Assembly (NCBI GenBank): GCA_023144875.1
Contig: JAGLEW010000050.1
Coordinates: 1,537-65,536, forward strand
DNA: 64,000 nucleotides
Direction of reading: 5' to 3'
From: Methylococcales bacterium
GTDB lineage: Bacteria; Pseudomonadota; Gammaproteobacteria; Methylococcales; Methylomonadaceae
The notes under the pieces are model-generated. The model was not told the DNA's origin. It saw only the letters and a list, made by a program, of their open reading frames with translations, and ran no database searches. Positions 48,811 through 58,028 of the stretch are shown here, piece by piece. Position numbers and translations under genes: made by a program. Every line of letters starts with the position of its first letter. The stretch's first letter is position 1.

Positions 48811-49614
48811 TTAATAGTAGCGTTTCGCATCTTTTGGTAAATTGGAAAAAATAGGGTGTTGAGGAATACCATAACGTTCAGGATAATAAACGCCAGCAAG
48901 GTATAAACCATAAGGGGAGGCGGTAATACCCCCTTGTTCGCGGTCTTTTAAGGTCAATAGCGTTTGTGTCCATTCAATGGGTTGTTTTTCTGCCCCAATT
49001 TCCATCAAAACGCCTGCAATATTTCGTACCATATGATGTAAAAATGCGTTGGCGGATAAATCAATAAAGATCTTGTCTTGCTTACGATAAACATGGATAA
49101 AGTACATTCGCCTTTGTGGAGTAGTAGACTGACAGCCTTTTGCCCGAAAGGAGGAGAAGTCATGATGTCCGACCAGTGTTTGAGCGGCAAGGTGCATTCT
49201 ATCTGCCTCTAAAGGCTCATAGAACCATGTTGCTTGTTGACGAATTAAGGCGGATTTCATCGGGCGGTTTAGAATGATATAGCGATAAAAACGGGCAATG
49301 GCACTATAACGGGCATGAAAATCATCCACGGCTTCTTTGACCCAAATAATACGGACATCATCAGGTAAAAAACAATTTCCCCCTCGTAACCATGCTTGTA
49401 AATCACGATTGGTTTCAGTATCAAAATGAATTATTTGCGCCAGAGCATGAACACCAGAATCAGTACGGCCAGTGCAAAAAACGCGTATGGGTTGATTGGC
49501 TACTTTTGATAATGCCGCTTCGACGACTTGTTGCACCGTTCGAGTATTTATTTGATATTGCCAACCATGAAAATGACTGCCATCGTATTCTATTGCTAAA
49601 ACAATTCGCGTCAT
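48811..49614 (-). CDS. truA: tRNA pseudouridine(38-40) synthase TruA
   Basis: IEYDGSHFHGWQ and the catalytic motif CTGRTDSGVHA. 267 aa. Confidence 0.93.
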   Translation of the reverse strand: MTRIVLAIEYDGSHFHGWQYQINTRTVQQVVEAALSKVANQPIRVFCTGRTDSGVHALAQIIHFDTETNRDLQAWLRGGNCFLPDDVRIIWVKEAVDDFHARYSAIARFYRYIILNRPMKSALIRQQATWFYEPLEADRMHLAAQTLVGHHDFSSFRAKGCQSTTPQRRMYFIHVYRKQDKIFIDLSANAFLHHMVRNIAGVLMEIGAEKQPIEWTQTLLTLKDREQGGITASPYGLYLAGVYYPERYGIPQHPIFSNLPKDAKRYY

Positions 49615-49762
49615 AAAAATATTTTTTTGAAAGTAATAAGGTTATTGAAGTCTGGATTTATTGGGCAGATAATACCGTTAATTTTTAGGATTTGTTAGCA
49701 AAAATATAATGTTTTGATGGCAGTCTAAAAATTAAACTTCTCAAATAACGGCAGAAATCATT

Positions 49763-50494
49763 ATGAGTACAGAGAAAACCGCATGGACACGAGACGAATT
49801 TGAAGCCCAGTTACGCGGCATGGAGCGATATTATCATATTCATCATCCCATCCACACAATGATGAATGAGGGTAAGCTGACGAAAGACCAATTACAAGGC
49901 TGGGTCGCGAACCGTTTTTATTATCAGATTATGATTCCGATTAAAGATGCCAATATTTTGGCGAATTGTCCTGATCGAAAAACACGGGCAATTTGGACGA
50001 AACGTATTTTAGATCATGATGGTCATTCTGATGATGATGAAGGCGGGATTGAAGCGTGGATTCAGTTAGGGATGGCGGTCGGCTTAACACGCGAAGCGAT
50101 GGTGTCGTTAGAGTATGTCTTACCTTCCGTAAAATTTGCTGTGGAAGCGTATGTTAATTTTGCCAGACGGGCTGAATGGCATGAGGCGGCTAGTTCGTCG
50201 TTAACCGAATTATTTGCCCCCAAAATTCATCAGCAACGATTGGATAATTGGCCAGAAATGTATCCGTGGATTGAAAAAGAAGGGTATATCTATTTTAGAA
50301 AACGTTTATCTGAAGCACGGCGTGATGTTGAGCATGGTTTAGAGATCACCTTAGATTGGTATCAAACCCGTGAGCAACAGGAGAAAATGCTGAAAATTTT
50401 ACAATTTAAGTTGGATGTTTTGTGGTCGATGGCGGATGCGATCTATATGGCTTATGTGAATAATATGCCACCATATTTTAATATACAGCAATAA
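49763..50494 (+). CDS. pqqC: Pyrroloquinoline-quinone synthase PqqC
   Basis: Roughly 60 percent identity by eye to Klebsiella PqqC over the full length ([89 protein letters not shown]). Confidence 0.88.
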   Translation: MSTEKTAWTRDEFEAQLRGMERYYHIHHPIHTMMNEGKLTKDQLQGWVANRFYYQIMIPIKDANILANCPDRKTRAIWTKRILDHDGHSDDDEGGIEAWIQLGMAVGLTREAMVSLEYVLPSVKFAVEAYVNFARRAEWHEAASSSLTELFAPKIHQQRLDNWPEMYPWIEKEGYIYFRKRLSEARRDVEHGLEITLDWYQTREQQEKMLKILQFKLDVLWSMADAIYMAYVNNMPPYFNIQQ

Positions 50495-50508
50495 TTTTTT
50501 ATTAAAGT

Positions 50509-50542
50509 GTGAACCCAGTTGTCATTCGATAGGTGGGTTCAC
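50509..50542. terminator. Hairpin between convergent pqqC and the 72-aa secreted-protein gene
   Basis: 9-bp perfect stem GTGAACCCA / TGGGTTCAC with a 16-nt loop. The flanks are A/T-rich but neither side has a clean U-tract. Confidence 0.35.
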
Positions 50543-50564
50543 GAAAAAGTTTGTGGTGTACTAT

Positions 50565-50771
50565 TTATTGACAGCGAACAACGTCAATTTTTAGACCTAA
50601 TTTTTTCATACGCTGATACGCTTTGGTTTCGGCCACAATTACTTTTGAAGCATTGACAACAATTGCCTCTCCGATTTGTTTGCTATCAGTATAGCCTTTA
50701 CAGGTAAATGCGGTTGCATATGAAGAGGTTGCAATTAGCATTAATGTAAGCCCTACGATTATTTTTTTCAT
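50565..50771 (-). CDS. Small secreted protein, unknown function
   Basis: Signal peptide MKKIIVGLTLMLIATSSYATA. The ~47-aa mature part has Cys near both ends (FTCKG...VVRCQ). The ORF track starts 4 codons upstream at 50783. Confidence 0.5.
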   Translation of the reverse strand: MKKIIVGLTLMLIATSSYATAFTCKGYTDSKQIGEAIVVNASKVIVAETKAYQRMKKLGLKIDVVRCQ

Positions 50772-50995
50772 CTTACTATCCATCCCTACTCTGTTAGAGT
50801 CAAATCACTGGAAGGGTGAGTATAACGCAATTCAACGTAAGAATTCACTTACATTCAAGTGTCTAGTGTTTTTTTTTAATAATGTGAGTTAAATCCTTAT
50901 TATTTTAATGACTTTTTTTTTACTTAATGCTACAGTGACTGCTAAGTAAATTTATTTTACTTAAATCTTTTAAATCAATCTATTAGGGGACTAGT

Positions 50996-51337
50996 ATGAA
51001 AAAAATAATTGGGTTTACACTGTTAACAATTCTTTCAACATCGGCTTATGCATTTGGTTTAAACGATGCGGTTGATGCGACTAAAAATGTAGAAAAAGCG
51101 GCTGGTGTTGTAAATGATACGGGGCTTGTTGACGCATCTAAAGCCGTTGATACCACTAAAAAAGTTTCAAAGGCGACCAAAACGGTTGCGGATGTGGTTG
51201 GTGAAGCGAAAGAAGACGATAAGAAAAAAGAAGAAGATAAGAAAAAAGAAGAAGCAAAAAAAGATGAAGCAACAGAAGTACCTGCAACCGATGCTGTTAC
51301 TAAAGAAAAAACCGTCGAACTTCCTGCCACGAAATAA
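50996..51337 (+). CDS. Secreted Lys/Glu-rich low-complexity protein, unknown function
   Basis: AGGGGA Shine-Dalgarno sequence 5 nt upstream. Signal peptide MKKIIGFTLLTILSTSAYA. Charged repeats include a perfect DKKKEE duplication. Confidence 0.55.
   Translation: MKKIIGFTLLTILSTSAYAFGLNDAVDATKNVEKAAGVVNDTGLVDASKAVDTTKKVSKATKTVADVVGEAKEDDKKKEEDKKKEEAKKDEATEVPATDAVTKEKTVELPATK
51218..51253 (+). repeat. Perfect tandem duplication of an 18-bp unit (GATAAGAAAAAAGAAGAA x2) inside the K/E-rich gene
   Basis: Read directly. Encodes DKKKEE-DKKKEE. In-frame and potentially prone to slippage. Confidence 0.9.
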
Positions 51338-51352
51338 CCCCGCTAAATAAGT

Positions 51353-51385
51353 CATGTAGCGATGTTTTTAATACGTTACTACATG
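51353..51385 (+). terminator. Imperfect hairpin downstream of the K/E-rich gene
   Basis: CATGTAGcGATG, loop tttttaata, then CGTTaCTACATG. 7 perfect bp plus an interrupted extension. No U-tract. Confidence 0.25.
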
Positions 51386-51563
51386 GCGAAATCTCGACTT
51401 ATAAATTCTTATAGGTTTCAGTGCAAATCTACTTTAAATTAATTTCTGTTATAATTTGACCTAAGTGAATTTTACAATTCTGGTTTGAGTCTTCATTTTT
51501 TAGTAATTTTATTAAAACAGTAAGGGCTTGATGCAATTTTCCTGACCCTAACTAAAAATTTAA

Positions 51564-53363
51564 GTGGACTTAAAACATATACGAAATTTTTCCATTATCG
51601 CCCATATAGATCATGGAAAATCAACCCTTGCCGATCGTTTTATCCAATTTTGTGGTGGCTTAAGTGACCGAGAAATGGAAGCTCAAGTTTTAGATTCTAT
51701 GGACATAGAACGAGAGCGCGGTATTACCATTAAGGCTCAAAGTGTCACACTGGATTATAAAGCCAATGATGGGAAAACCTACCAACTTAATTTTATTGAT
51801 ACCCCTGGGCATGTGGATTTCTCTTATGAAGTTTCACGCTCATTAGCGGCTTGCGAAGGGGCGCTCTTAATTGTTGATGCGGCACAAGGGGTGGAAGCGC
51901 AAAGCGTTGCCAACTGTTACACCGCGATAGAACAAGGCTTAGAAGTACTTCCTGTCTTAAATAAAATTGATCTTCCTTCTGCTGAACCTGAGCGGGTAAT
52001 GCACGAAATTGAAGATGTGATTGGTATCCCTGCGGATAAGGCCTTAAAAATTAGTGCAAAAACAGGGATTGGAATTCAAGACGTGTTGGAGCAATTGGTT
52101 CAGGAGATTCCCTCGCCATCGGGTGATCTAAAAGCCCCCTTGCAAGCGTTGATTATTGACTCTTGGTTTGATAATTATTTAGGTGTGGTGTCATTAGTTC
52201 GGATTGTGAATGGTACTCTTCGACGTAAACAAAAAATTACCGTTGTTTCCACGGGGAAATCCTTTTTAGCCGAGAAAATTGGTATTTTTACACCAAAACG
52301 TTTGGAAAAAGACATTTTAGCGGCAGGCGAAGTTGGGTTTATTGTTGCAGGGATTAAAGATATTTTTGGCGCGCCTGTGGGCGATACTATTACGTTGACA
52401 GATAACCCTACCGACAAAAGTTTAGAGGGTTTTGAAAAAGTTCAGCCGCGTGTTTTTGCAGGGCTTTACCCTGTGAGTTCAGATGATTACACCAACATGC
52501 GTGAAGCATTGGATAAACTACGGCTCAATGATGCCGCTTTGCAATTTGAGGCTGAGACCTCACAAGCGTTAGGCTTTGGTTTTCGTTGTGGCTTTTTAGG
52601 GATGTTGCATATGGAAATTGTGCAAGAGCGTTTAGAGCGTGAATATAATATTGATCTAATCACCACAGCGCCTACGGTTATCTATGAGGTTGAAACCCAA
52701 AAAGGCAATATCTTAATGGTCGATAATCCTGCTAAATTACCCGATGCAGGTATGATTACTGAAATTCGTGAACCAATTATTCAAGCGAACATATTAGTTC
52801 CACAAGAATATTTAGGCGGTGTTATTAGTCTTTGCGTTGAAAAACGGGGCGTGCAAATAAATATGCAATACACAGGTTCACAAGTTTCTTTAGTCTACGA
52901 ATTGCCTTTAAGTGAAGTGGTATTAGACTTTTTTGATCGCTTAAAATCCATTTCCCGTGGTTATGCCTCATTTGATTATGAATTTTTACGCTTTCAAATT
53001 GCCGCACTTATAAAATTAGATGTCTTGATTAATGGTGATAAGGTTGATGCGTTATCGGTAATTGTCCATAAAGAGTTGAGTCAATCGCGTGGACGTGATC
53101 TTGTTGAAAAAATGAAAGAATTGATTCCACGACAAATGTATGAAGTTGCGATACAAGCGGCGATTGGCTCTAAAATTATTGCGCGCTCTACCGTAAAAGC
53201 CTTACGAAAAAATGTGACGGCAAAATGTTATGGTGGTGATATTAGTCGTAAGAAAAAACTATTAGAAAAACAAAAAGCGGGCAAAAAACGCATGAAACAA
53301 GTCGGTAGTATTGAGATACCTCAAGAAGCCTTTCTTGCTGTGTTGCAAGTCAGCAAAGATTAA
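51564..53363 (+). CDS. lepA: Elongation factor 4 (LepA)
   Basis: 599 aa (same as E. coli). [25 protein letters not shown] and NKIDL G-motifs. GTG start. Confidence 0.97.
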   Translation: MDLKHIRNFSIIAHIDHGKSTLADRFIQFCGGLSDREMEAQVLDSMDIERERGITIKAQSVTLDYKANDGKTYQLNFIDTPGHVDFSYEVSRSLAACEGALLIVDAAQGVEAQSVANCYTAIEQGLEVLPVLNKIDLPSAEPERVMHEIEDVIGIPADKALKISAKTGIGIQDVLEQLVQEIPSPSGDLKAPLQALIIDSWFDNYLGVVSLVRIVNGTLRRKQKITVVSTGKSFLAEKIGIFTPKRLEKDILAAGEVGFIVAGIKDIFGAPVGDTITLTDNPTDKSLEGFEKVQPRVFAGLYPVSSDDYTNMREALDKLRLNDAALQFEAETSQALGFGFRCGFLGMLHMEIVQERLEREYNIDLITTAPTVIYEVETQKGNILMVDNPAKLPDAGMITEIREPIIQANILVPQEYLGGVISLCVEKRGVQINMQYTGSQVSLVYELPLSEVVLDFFDRLKSISRGYASFDYEFLRFQIAALIKLDVLINGDKVDALSVIVHKELSQSRGRDLVEKMKELIPRQMYEVAIQAAIGSKIIARSTVKALRKNVTAKCYGGDISRKKKLLEKQKAGKKRMKQVGSIEIPQEAFLAVLQVSKD

Positions 53364-53394
53364 CCCTTTATTTAAACTACATTCGCATACTAAT

Positions 53395-54171
53395 ATGGAT
53401 TTTGATTTTTCCCTTTTTTTAGTCATCGCAACGATCGTTACTGGTATTCTTTGGGGCGGCTATTTACTGTACCTAAAATCACTGGGCGAACCATTTAGTG
53501 AAGAAAACGAACCTTTTTGGGCGGAATATGCCCGTTCTTTTTTCCCTGTGGTCTTAATTGTTCTCCTATTGCGTTCATTTTTAGTCGAGCCGTTTAGAAT
53601 TCCATCAGGCTCTATGATGCCAACGTTGTTAGTGGGTGATTTTATTTTAGTGAATAAATTTGCGTATGGGGTTAGATTGCCTGTTTTGCACACTAAAATT
53701 ATTGAAACCTCTGAGCCTGAGCGAGGTGATGTGGTTGTGTTTCGTTATCCTAAAAACCCAGCGGTTGATTATATTAAACGTGTTATTGGGTTACCAGGCG
53801 ATAAAATTACTTATAAAGATAAAAAAGTGTATATCAATGATAAATTGATGCCACAAACACTGATTGAAACCTATGAAGGATTAGGTCAGGGCAAAAATAT
53901 GAGCGGTGCTTCTCATTTTACTGAAGACCTAGAAACAGTTAGCCATAGTATTTTAATTCGCCAAGAACCACGCGCTAACGAATCTGTATTTATTGTTCCT
54001 AAAGGGCATTATTTTGTGATGGGTGACAATCGTGATAATAGTAATGACAGTCGTTACTGGGGTACTGTTCCTGAAGAAAATTTAGTGGGAAAAGCTTTTT
54101 TCGTTTGGATGAATTGGGATTTAGACCACACAGGGGTCAATTTTGACCGACTCGGAACCATTATAAAATAA
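53395..54171 (+). CDS. lepB: Signal peptidase I
   Basis: IPSGSMMPTL (Ser), YIKRVIGLPGD (Lys) and GDNRDNSNDSRYWG boxes. The ORF track start 53311 overlaps lepA. ATG 53395 (MDFDFSLFLVIATIVTG) is preferred. Confidence 0.93.
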   Translation: MDFDFSLFLVIATIVTGILWGGYLLYLKSLGEPFSEENEPFWAEYARSFFPVVLIVLLLRSFLVEPFRIPSGSMMPTLLVGDFILVNKFAYGVRLPVLHTKIIETSEPERGDVVVFRYPKNPAVDYIKRVIGLPGDKITYKDKKVYINDKLMPQTLIETYEGLGQGKNMSGASHFTEDLETVSHSILIRQEPRANESVFIVPKGHYFVMGDNRDNSNDSRYWGTVPEENLVGKAFFVWMNWDLDHTGVNFDRLGTIIK

Positions 54172-54220
54172 GCGGGATTTTTTATTTTTTTACTATTTTC
54201 TATTCATCAAGGAACTTGTA

Positions 54221-54604
54221 ATGCTTTACCCACAAAAAAAACAAAAACAACAAGGGATGACCATGATCAGTATGGTCTTATTATTAACACTTATCGGTGG
54301 CGTGGTATTATTCTTTTTTAAAGTGGCCCCTATTTATATGAATCATGGCAAAGTAAAAAGTGCGATTGAATCACTTGCAAGTATTCCAGAACTTGAATTT
54401 AAATCGAAATCGCAAATACAAGTGTTTTTACAAAAACGTCTGAGCGTTAACTCGGTTTATGACTTACCCAAAAAAGCCATTAAAATTATTAAACGCGGTA
54501 ATTACGTTAAAATTTCGGCTAAATACGATATAAAAGAACCTATTGTGGGTAATTTAAATGTTTTGATTGAATTTAATGACTTTATTGAAGCGGGGGTTAA
54601 GTGA
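54221..54604 (+). CDS. DUF4845-family small membrane protein
   Basis: 127 aa. N-terminal QQGMTMISMVLLLTLIGGVVLFF, and position between lepB and rnc as in many gammaproteobacteria. Confidence 0.65.
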   Translation: MLYPQKKQKQQGMTMISMVLLLTLIGGVVLFFFKVAPIYMNHGKVKSAIESLASIPELEFKSKSQIQVFLQKRLSVNSVYDLPKKAIKIIKRGNYVKISAKYDIKEPIVGNLNVLIEFNDFIEAGVK

Positions 54605-55284
54605 TTAAAGAGCCTGAACATTTGGCTAAAAAGCTGGCGTTGGTCTTTGATAATCCTGAATTATTTCGCTTAGCTTTAACCCATAGAAGTATGGGGGCTA
54701 CCAATAATGAACGTTTAGAATTTTTAGGCGATTCTATTTTAGGTTTTGTGATTGCTCAGGCGCTTTACCAGCGTTTTCCAAAAGCAAGTGAGGGCGTTTT
54801 AAGTCGATTGCGTGCAAGCTTAGTGAATCAAGATTCTTTAGCAAGCATTGCTCGTCAATATGAAATTGGTGACTATCTCATTTTAGGCTCAGGGGAATTA
54901 AAAAGTGGAGGTTTTCGGCGTAACTCCATTTTGTCTGATACCGTAGAAGCTATTATTGGCGCATTATTTAAAGACCAAGGTATTTTGCGTTGTGAAAGCT
55001 GGTTACTCAAAATATTTGCCGATAAATTAAATAGCCTTAATATTGAAACTGAGCAAAAAGATCCTAAAACTCGTTTGCAAGAATTGATGCAGGCACAAAA
55101 AATTCAACTGCCTGTCTATGAACTTTTGAGTATGTCAGGGTTGCCTCATACTCAAAAATTTAAAATAAACTGCCATACCATGTTGACGAATAAAGAGTGT
55201 ATTGGTGAAGGTGGATCACGCAAAAAGGCTGAACAAGCGGCGGCGGCGAAAATGTTAGCTTTATTAAAAAGAGAAAAACCATGA
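54601..55284 (+). CDS. rnc: Ribonuclease III
   Basis: Signature NERLEFLGDSIL, a second acidic cluster SDTVEAIIGA and a C-terminal dsRBD. GTG start overlapping the upstream stop. Confidence 0.95.
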   Translation: MIKEPEHLAKKLALVFDNPELFRLALTHRSMGATNNERLEFLGDSILGFVIAQALYQRFPKASEGVLSRLRASLVNQDSLASIARQYEIGDYLILGSGELKSGGFRRNSILSDTVEAIIGALFKDQGILRCESWLLKIFADKLNSLNIETEQKDPKTRLQELMQAQKIQLPVYELLSMSGLPHTQKFKINCHTMLTNKECIGEGGSRKKAEQAAAAKMLALLKREKP

Positions 55285-56168
55285 ATGTGGGTTATGTGGC
55301 CTTAATTGGGCGGCCAAATGTTGGAAAATCAACCTTAATGAATCATTTATTAGGGCAAAAAATTAGTATTACCTCACGTAAACCTCAAACCACACGACAT
55401 CGTATTTTGGGAATTAATACCTGTGAAAAAGGGCAGGCTATTTATATGGATACGCCTGGAATGCATCAAAATGAAAAAAAAGCCCTGAATCGCTACCTAA
55501 ATCAAACTGCTGATACCACGTTATTTGGTGTTGATGTCGTGGTTTGGTTAATTGACGGTTTAGCATGGCAACCCTATGATGATATTATTTTTAAAAAACT
55601 AAAACGGGCTAATTTACCCGTTATTTTAGTGGTTAATAAAGTGGATCGGGTTCAAAATAAAGACGCTATTCTTGAATTTTTTGATGAGGCGAAAACCAAG
55701 TACCCCTTTGAAGCAATGGTTCCTGTATCAGCGCTTAAACGTATTAATTTAATCCCACTTGAAGAAACTATTTTTTCACTGTTACCTGAAAATGATTTAA
55801 TTTATCCCAAAGACCAAATCACGGATAGACCTACTCGTTTTTTAGCCGCTGAAATCATCCGAGAAAAATTAACACGCCGTTTAGGGGATGAGCTACCTTA
55901 TGCGTTAACGGTTGAAATTGAACGTTATGAAGAGCAAAAAAAGATCACCAAAATTTATGCCACTATTTTAGTCGAACGCGATACGCAAAAAAATATTGTC
56001 ATTGGTAAGCAAGGTGAAATGTTGAAAAAAGTTGGTACAGATGCGCGTCTTGATATTGAAAAACTTATAGATCAAAAGGTTTACCTGCAACTTTGGACAA
56101 AAGTTAAAAAAGGCTGGTCAGACAGTGAACGCGCCTTAAAAAGCTTAGGCTTTGATGACATAATGTAA
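55281..56168 (+). CDS. era: GTPase Era
   Basis: GRPNVGKST, DTPG and NKVD motifs plus a C-terminal KH domain (IVIGKQGEMLKKVG). ATGA overlap with rnc. Confidence 0.95.
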   Translation: MNVGYVALIGRPNVGKSTLMNHLLGQKISITSRKPQTTRHRILGINTCEKGQAIYMDTPGMHQNEKKALNRYLNQTADTTLFGVDVVVWLIDGLAWQPYDDIIFKKLKRANLPVILVVNKVDRVQNKDAILEFFDEAKTKYPFEAMVPVSALKRINLIPLEETIFSLLPENDLIYPKDQITDRPTRFLAAEIIREKLTRRLGDELPYALTVEIERYEEQKKITKIYATILVERDTQKNIVIGKQGEMLKKVGTDARLDIEKLIDQKVYLQLWTKVKKGWSDSERALKSLGFDDIM

Positions 56169-56194
56169 TCTTCTCTCAACCATGAATATTTAGA

Positions 56195-56731
56195 CTAAAG
56201 CGCATTGTCTTTGTTAAGAGTAAAGCTCCCTGAAAAAGCCTCATTAACACGGTAATTATAAGTTCCCTTTTTTAATCCATAAACCGCTAAAGGGCTAATT
56301 TTTGAAAAATTTACCAACGCTTGGGTACAAGCAAGTTCACCTGCTAAAAATTGTGGGTTATATTTATAATTTACCGACAGTTTAAATTCATTGTTGATTA
56401 ATTTAGAACGAATTTTACCTACTTCAGGACAGCCATTAGAAAAAACCCCTGAAATTTTTAAAAAGACTTGGACAGGAAATGATTCTGTTTGAATCAGTTC
56501 AACGTTATTTATTTCGGTGACTGCCTTTCCAAGGTTAAACTGGGTTAACTCCCATTTGTTTTTCTGAGTAAATTTAAAAACTATATTTTCATAGACACCT
56601 GATTTTTCAGTGGTTTGTACAGAGTCAATATGAAGCTTGCCTGCTTTGAAAATTGAGATTCCCTCTCCAAACGCGACGTTCAGTAACATCATACTGAGTG
56701 TGATTGAAAAAAGTATTTTTTGTGCAGTCAT
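56195..56731 (-). CDS. Secreted protein, unknown function
   Basis: Signal peptide (ILFSITLSMMLLNVAFG). Beta-rich 155-aa mature part with two Cys. No recognisable motif. Confidence 0.5.
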   Translation of the reverse strand: MTAQKILFSITLSMMLLNVAFGEGISIFKAGKLHIDSVQTTEKSGVYENIVFKFTQKNKWELTQFNLGKAVTEINNVELIQTESFPVQVFLKISGVFSNGCPEVGKIRSKLINNEFKLSVNYKYNPQFLAGELACTQALVNFSKISPLAVYGLKKGTYNYRVNEAFSGSFTLNKDNAL

Positions 56732-56827
56732 TCGTTTTCTCCATTTTATTTAATATAAGAGTGGATAAAATATCGTGTGATAAGTTCCTTGGGTCGTTTA
56801 ACGCGTAACATAAGAGGATAAAATATT

Positions 56828-57334
56828 ATGAGTCAAAAGACAGGGCAGGTCATGATTTATATGGCATGGATTTTACTGTTGATAGTGCTGACAATGGCGG
56901 CAAATTCATGGTTAGAAACGCAGCAGAACCCGAACCAAAATGTTGATATTCAATACGATCATGATCGTATTCCTGAAGTAACTTTGAAACAAAATCGACA
57001 AGGGCATTATGTCGCCACGGGAAAAATTAATGATCAAAAAGTAATATTTTTGTTGGATACGGGAGCAACAGGAATCAGTATTCCTCAAGCGGTGGCGCAG
57101 CGTTTGCAATTAACTTCAGGATATCCTACGCAGGTAAGTACGGCGAATGGTTCGATTACCGTTTATTCGACTGATTTAAAAACAGTCAGTCTGGGGGCAA
57201 TTACCTTAAACAATCTTAGAGGTCATATAAACCCACACATGGAGGGGGATGAAATTTTATTAGGCATGACTTTTATGCGACATCTGGAATTAATTCAGCG
57301 CGATCAAACTTTGTTACTTAGAAATCTTCGTTAA
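56828..57334 (+). CDS. Membrane-anchored retropepsin-like aspartic protease (TIGR02281-type, clan AA)
   Basis: N-terminal TM helix (IYMAWILLLIVLTMAAN). Single-lobe protease domain with active site FLLDTGATGISIP and a C-terminal ILLGMTFMRHL. Confidence 0.7.
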   Translation: MSQKTGQVMIYMAWILLLIVLTMAANSWLETQQNPNQNVDIQYDHDRIPEVTLKQNRQGHYVATGKINDQKVIFLLDTGATGISIPQAVAQRLQLTSGYPTQVSTANGSITVYSTDLKTVSLGAITLNNLRGHINPHMEGDEILLGMTFMRHLELIQRDQTLLLRNLR

Positions 57335-57937
57335 AGCACTCTGGCTTGATTGTGAAAGTAAACGTTTTTTATGTTTTACCCAGATCAATAAAAAGGCGCA
57401 GAACATGAGACTGCATGAACCTAGCGTGATATAAATTAGATTTCTTAACGAGGAAACTTCTTTTGATAAAGCGGTATTTACTTGAACTAATTGTTGCTGT
57501 TTTTCGGTTAAAGGTTCGGCATATTTATTCAATGTTTTCAGCTCGGTACGAATATAGGCAACGGTTTGTAATGACTGTCGAATACTGTTTAATTTGATAT
57601 TTTCTTCTAAGGTGGCTAATTTATGAAGGATTGAGCCGCTTACAATTCCGACCAATTCTTCTTTTAACCGATCAATTTCGCCGTCTTTCGCTGAAAATGT
57701 GGTGTTAATTTCAATCATTTGTTGCTTGTTTTTAAGATGATTGGCTAAATCAACTTCGGCTGGAAAAACAAAGAAACTTAAGATGAAAACACCTGCGGTT
57801 AATATAACGACTACGATCATTAAAAAACGGTTCATTTTTTGTAATCGTTGTTGTTCTATTTGTTGAGGTAACGTAATGAGAGTGTGCCGTGTATTTTCTG
57901 GATTAGCGCTAACGTCACGAGGGCTTATCATATTCAT
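57314..57937 (-). CDS. Bitopic coiled-coil membrane protein, unknown function
   Basis: 207 aa with TM helices near residues 40-60 and 170-190 flanking a heptad-rich segment. The 3' end overlaps the protease gene by 21 nt. Confidence 0.5.
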   Translation of the reverse strand: MNMISPRDVSANPENTRHTLITLPQQIEQQRLQKMNRFLMIVVVILTAGVFILSFFVFPAEVDLANHLKNKQQMIEINTTFSAKDGEIDRLKEELVGIVSGSILHKLATLEENIKLNSIRQSLQTVAYIRTELKTLNKYAEPLTEKQQQLVQVNTALSKEVSSLRNLIYITLGSCSLMFCAFLLIWVKHKKRLLSQSSQSALTKISK

Positions 57938-57987
57938 TCCTAAGTAAAAGTACTGATCTTTTGCAGTCTATTATTTTTTATTATATT

Positions 57988-58021
57988 GCCGTATAAGATA
58001 AAATTTTTTGCCTTATACGGC
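57988..58021 (-). terminator. Hairpin 8 nt downstream of the argG stop
   Basis: 10-bp perfect stem GCCGTATAAG / CTTATACGGC with a 14-nt loop. The trailing sequence on the argG strand is A/T-rich (AATATAATAAAAAATAA), not a U-run. Confidence 0.35.
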
Positions 58022-58028
58022 GTGAATA

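Noticed and set aside
49615-49762. Hidden pqqA mini-ORF upstream of pqqC
   Set aside because: The only ATG-initiated frames are 2-3 codons long (atg ttt tga; atg gca gtc taa). There is no E-x-x-x-Y peptide.
51046-51355. Three overlapping ORFs (94, 78 and 62 aa) on both strands over the K/E-rich gene
   Set aside because: They are artefacts of the purine-rich low-complexity repeat, which lacks stops in several frames. Only the 50996-51337 frame has a Shine-Dalgarno sequence and a signal peptide.
53311-53394. N-terminal extensions of lepB (53311), GT4 (46573), rseB (21702), bpt (42713), rng (7478) and others in the ORF track
   Set aside because: Each extension overlaps the upstream gene and precedes the conserved N-terminus or signal peptide. 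The downstream ATGs restore short gaps or ATGA-type coupling.
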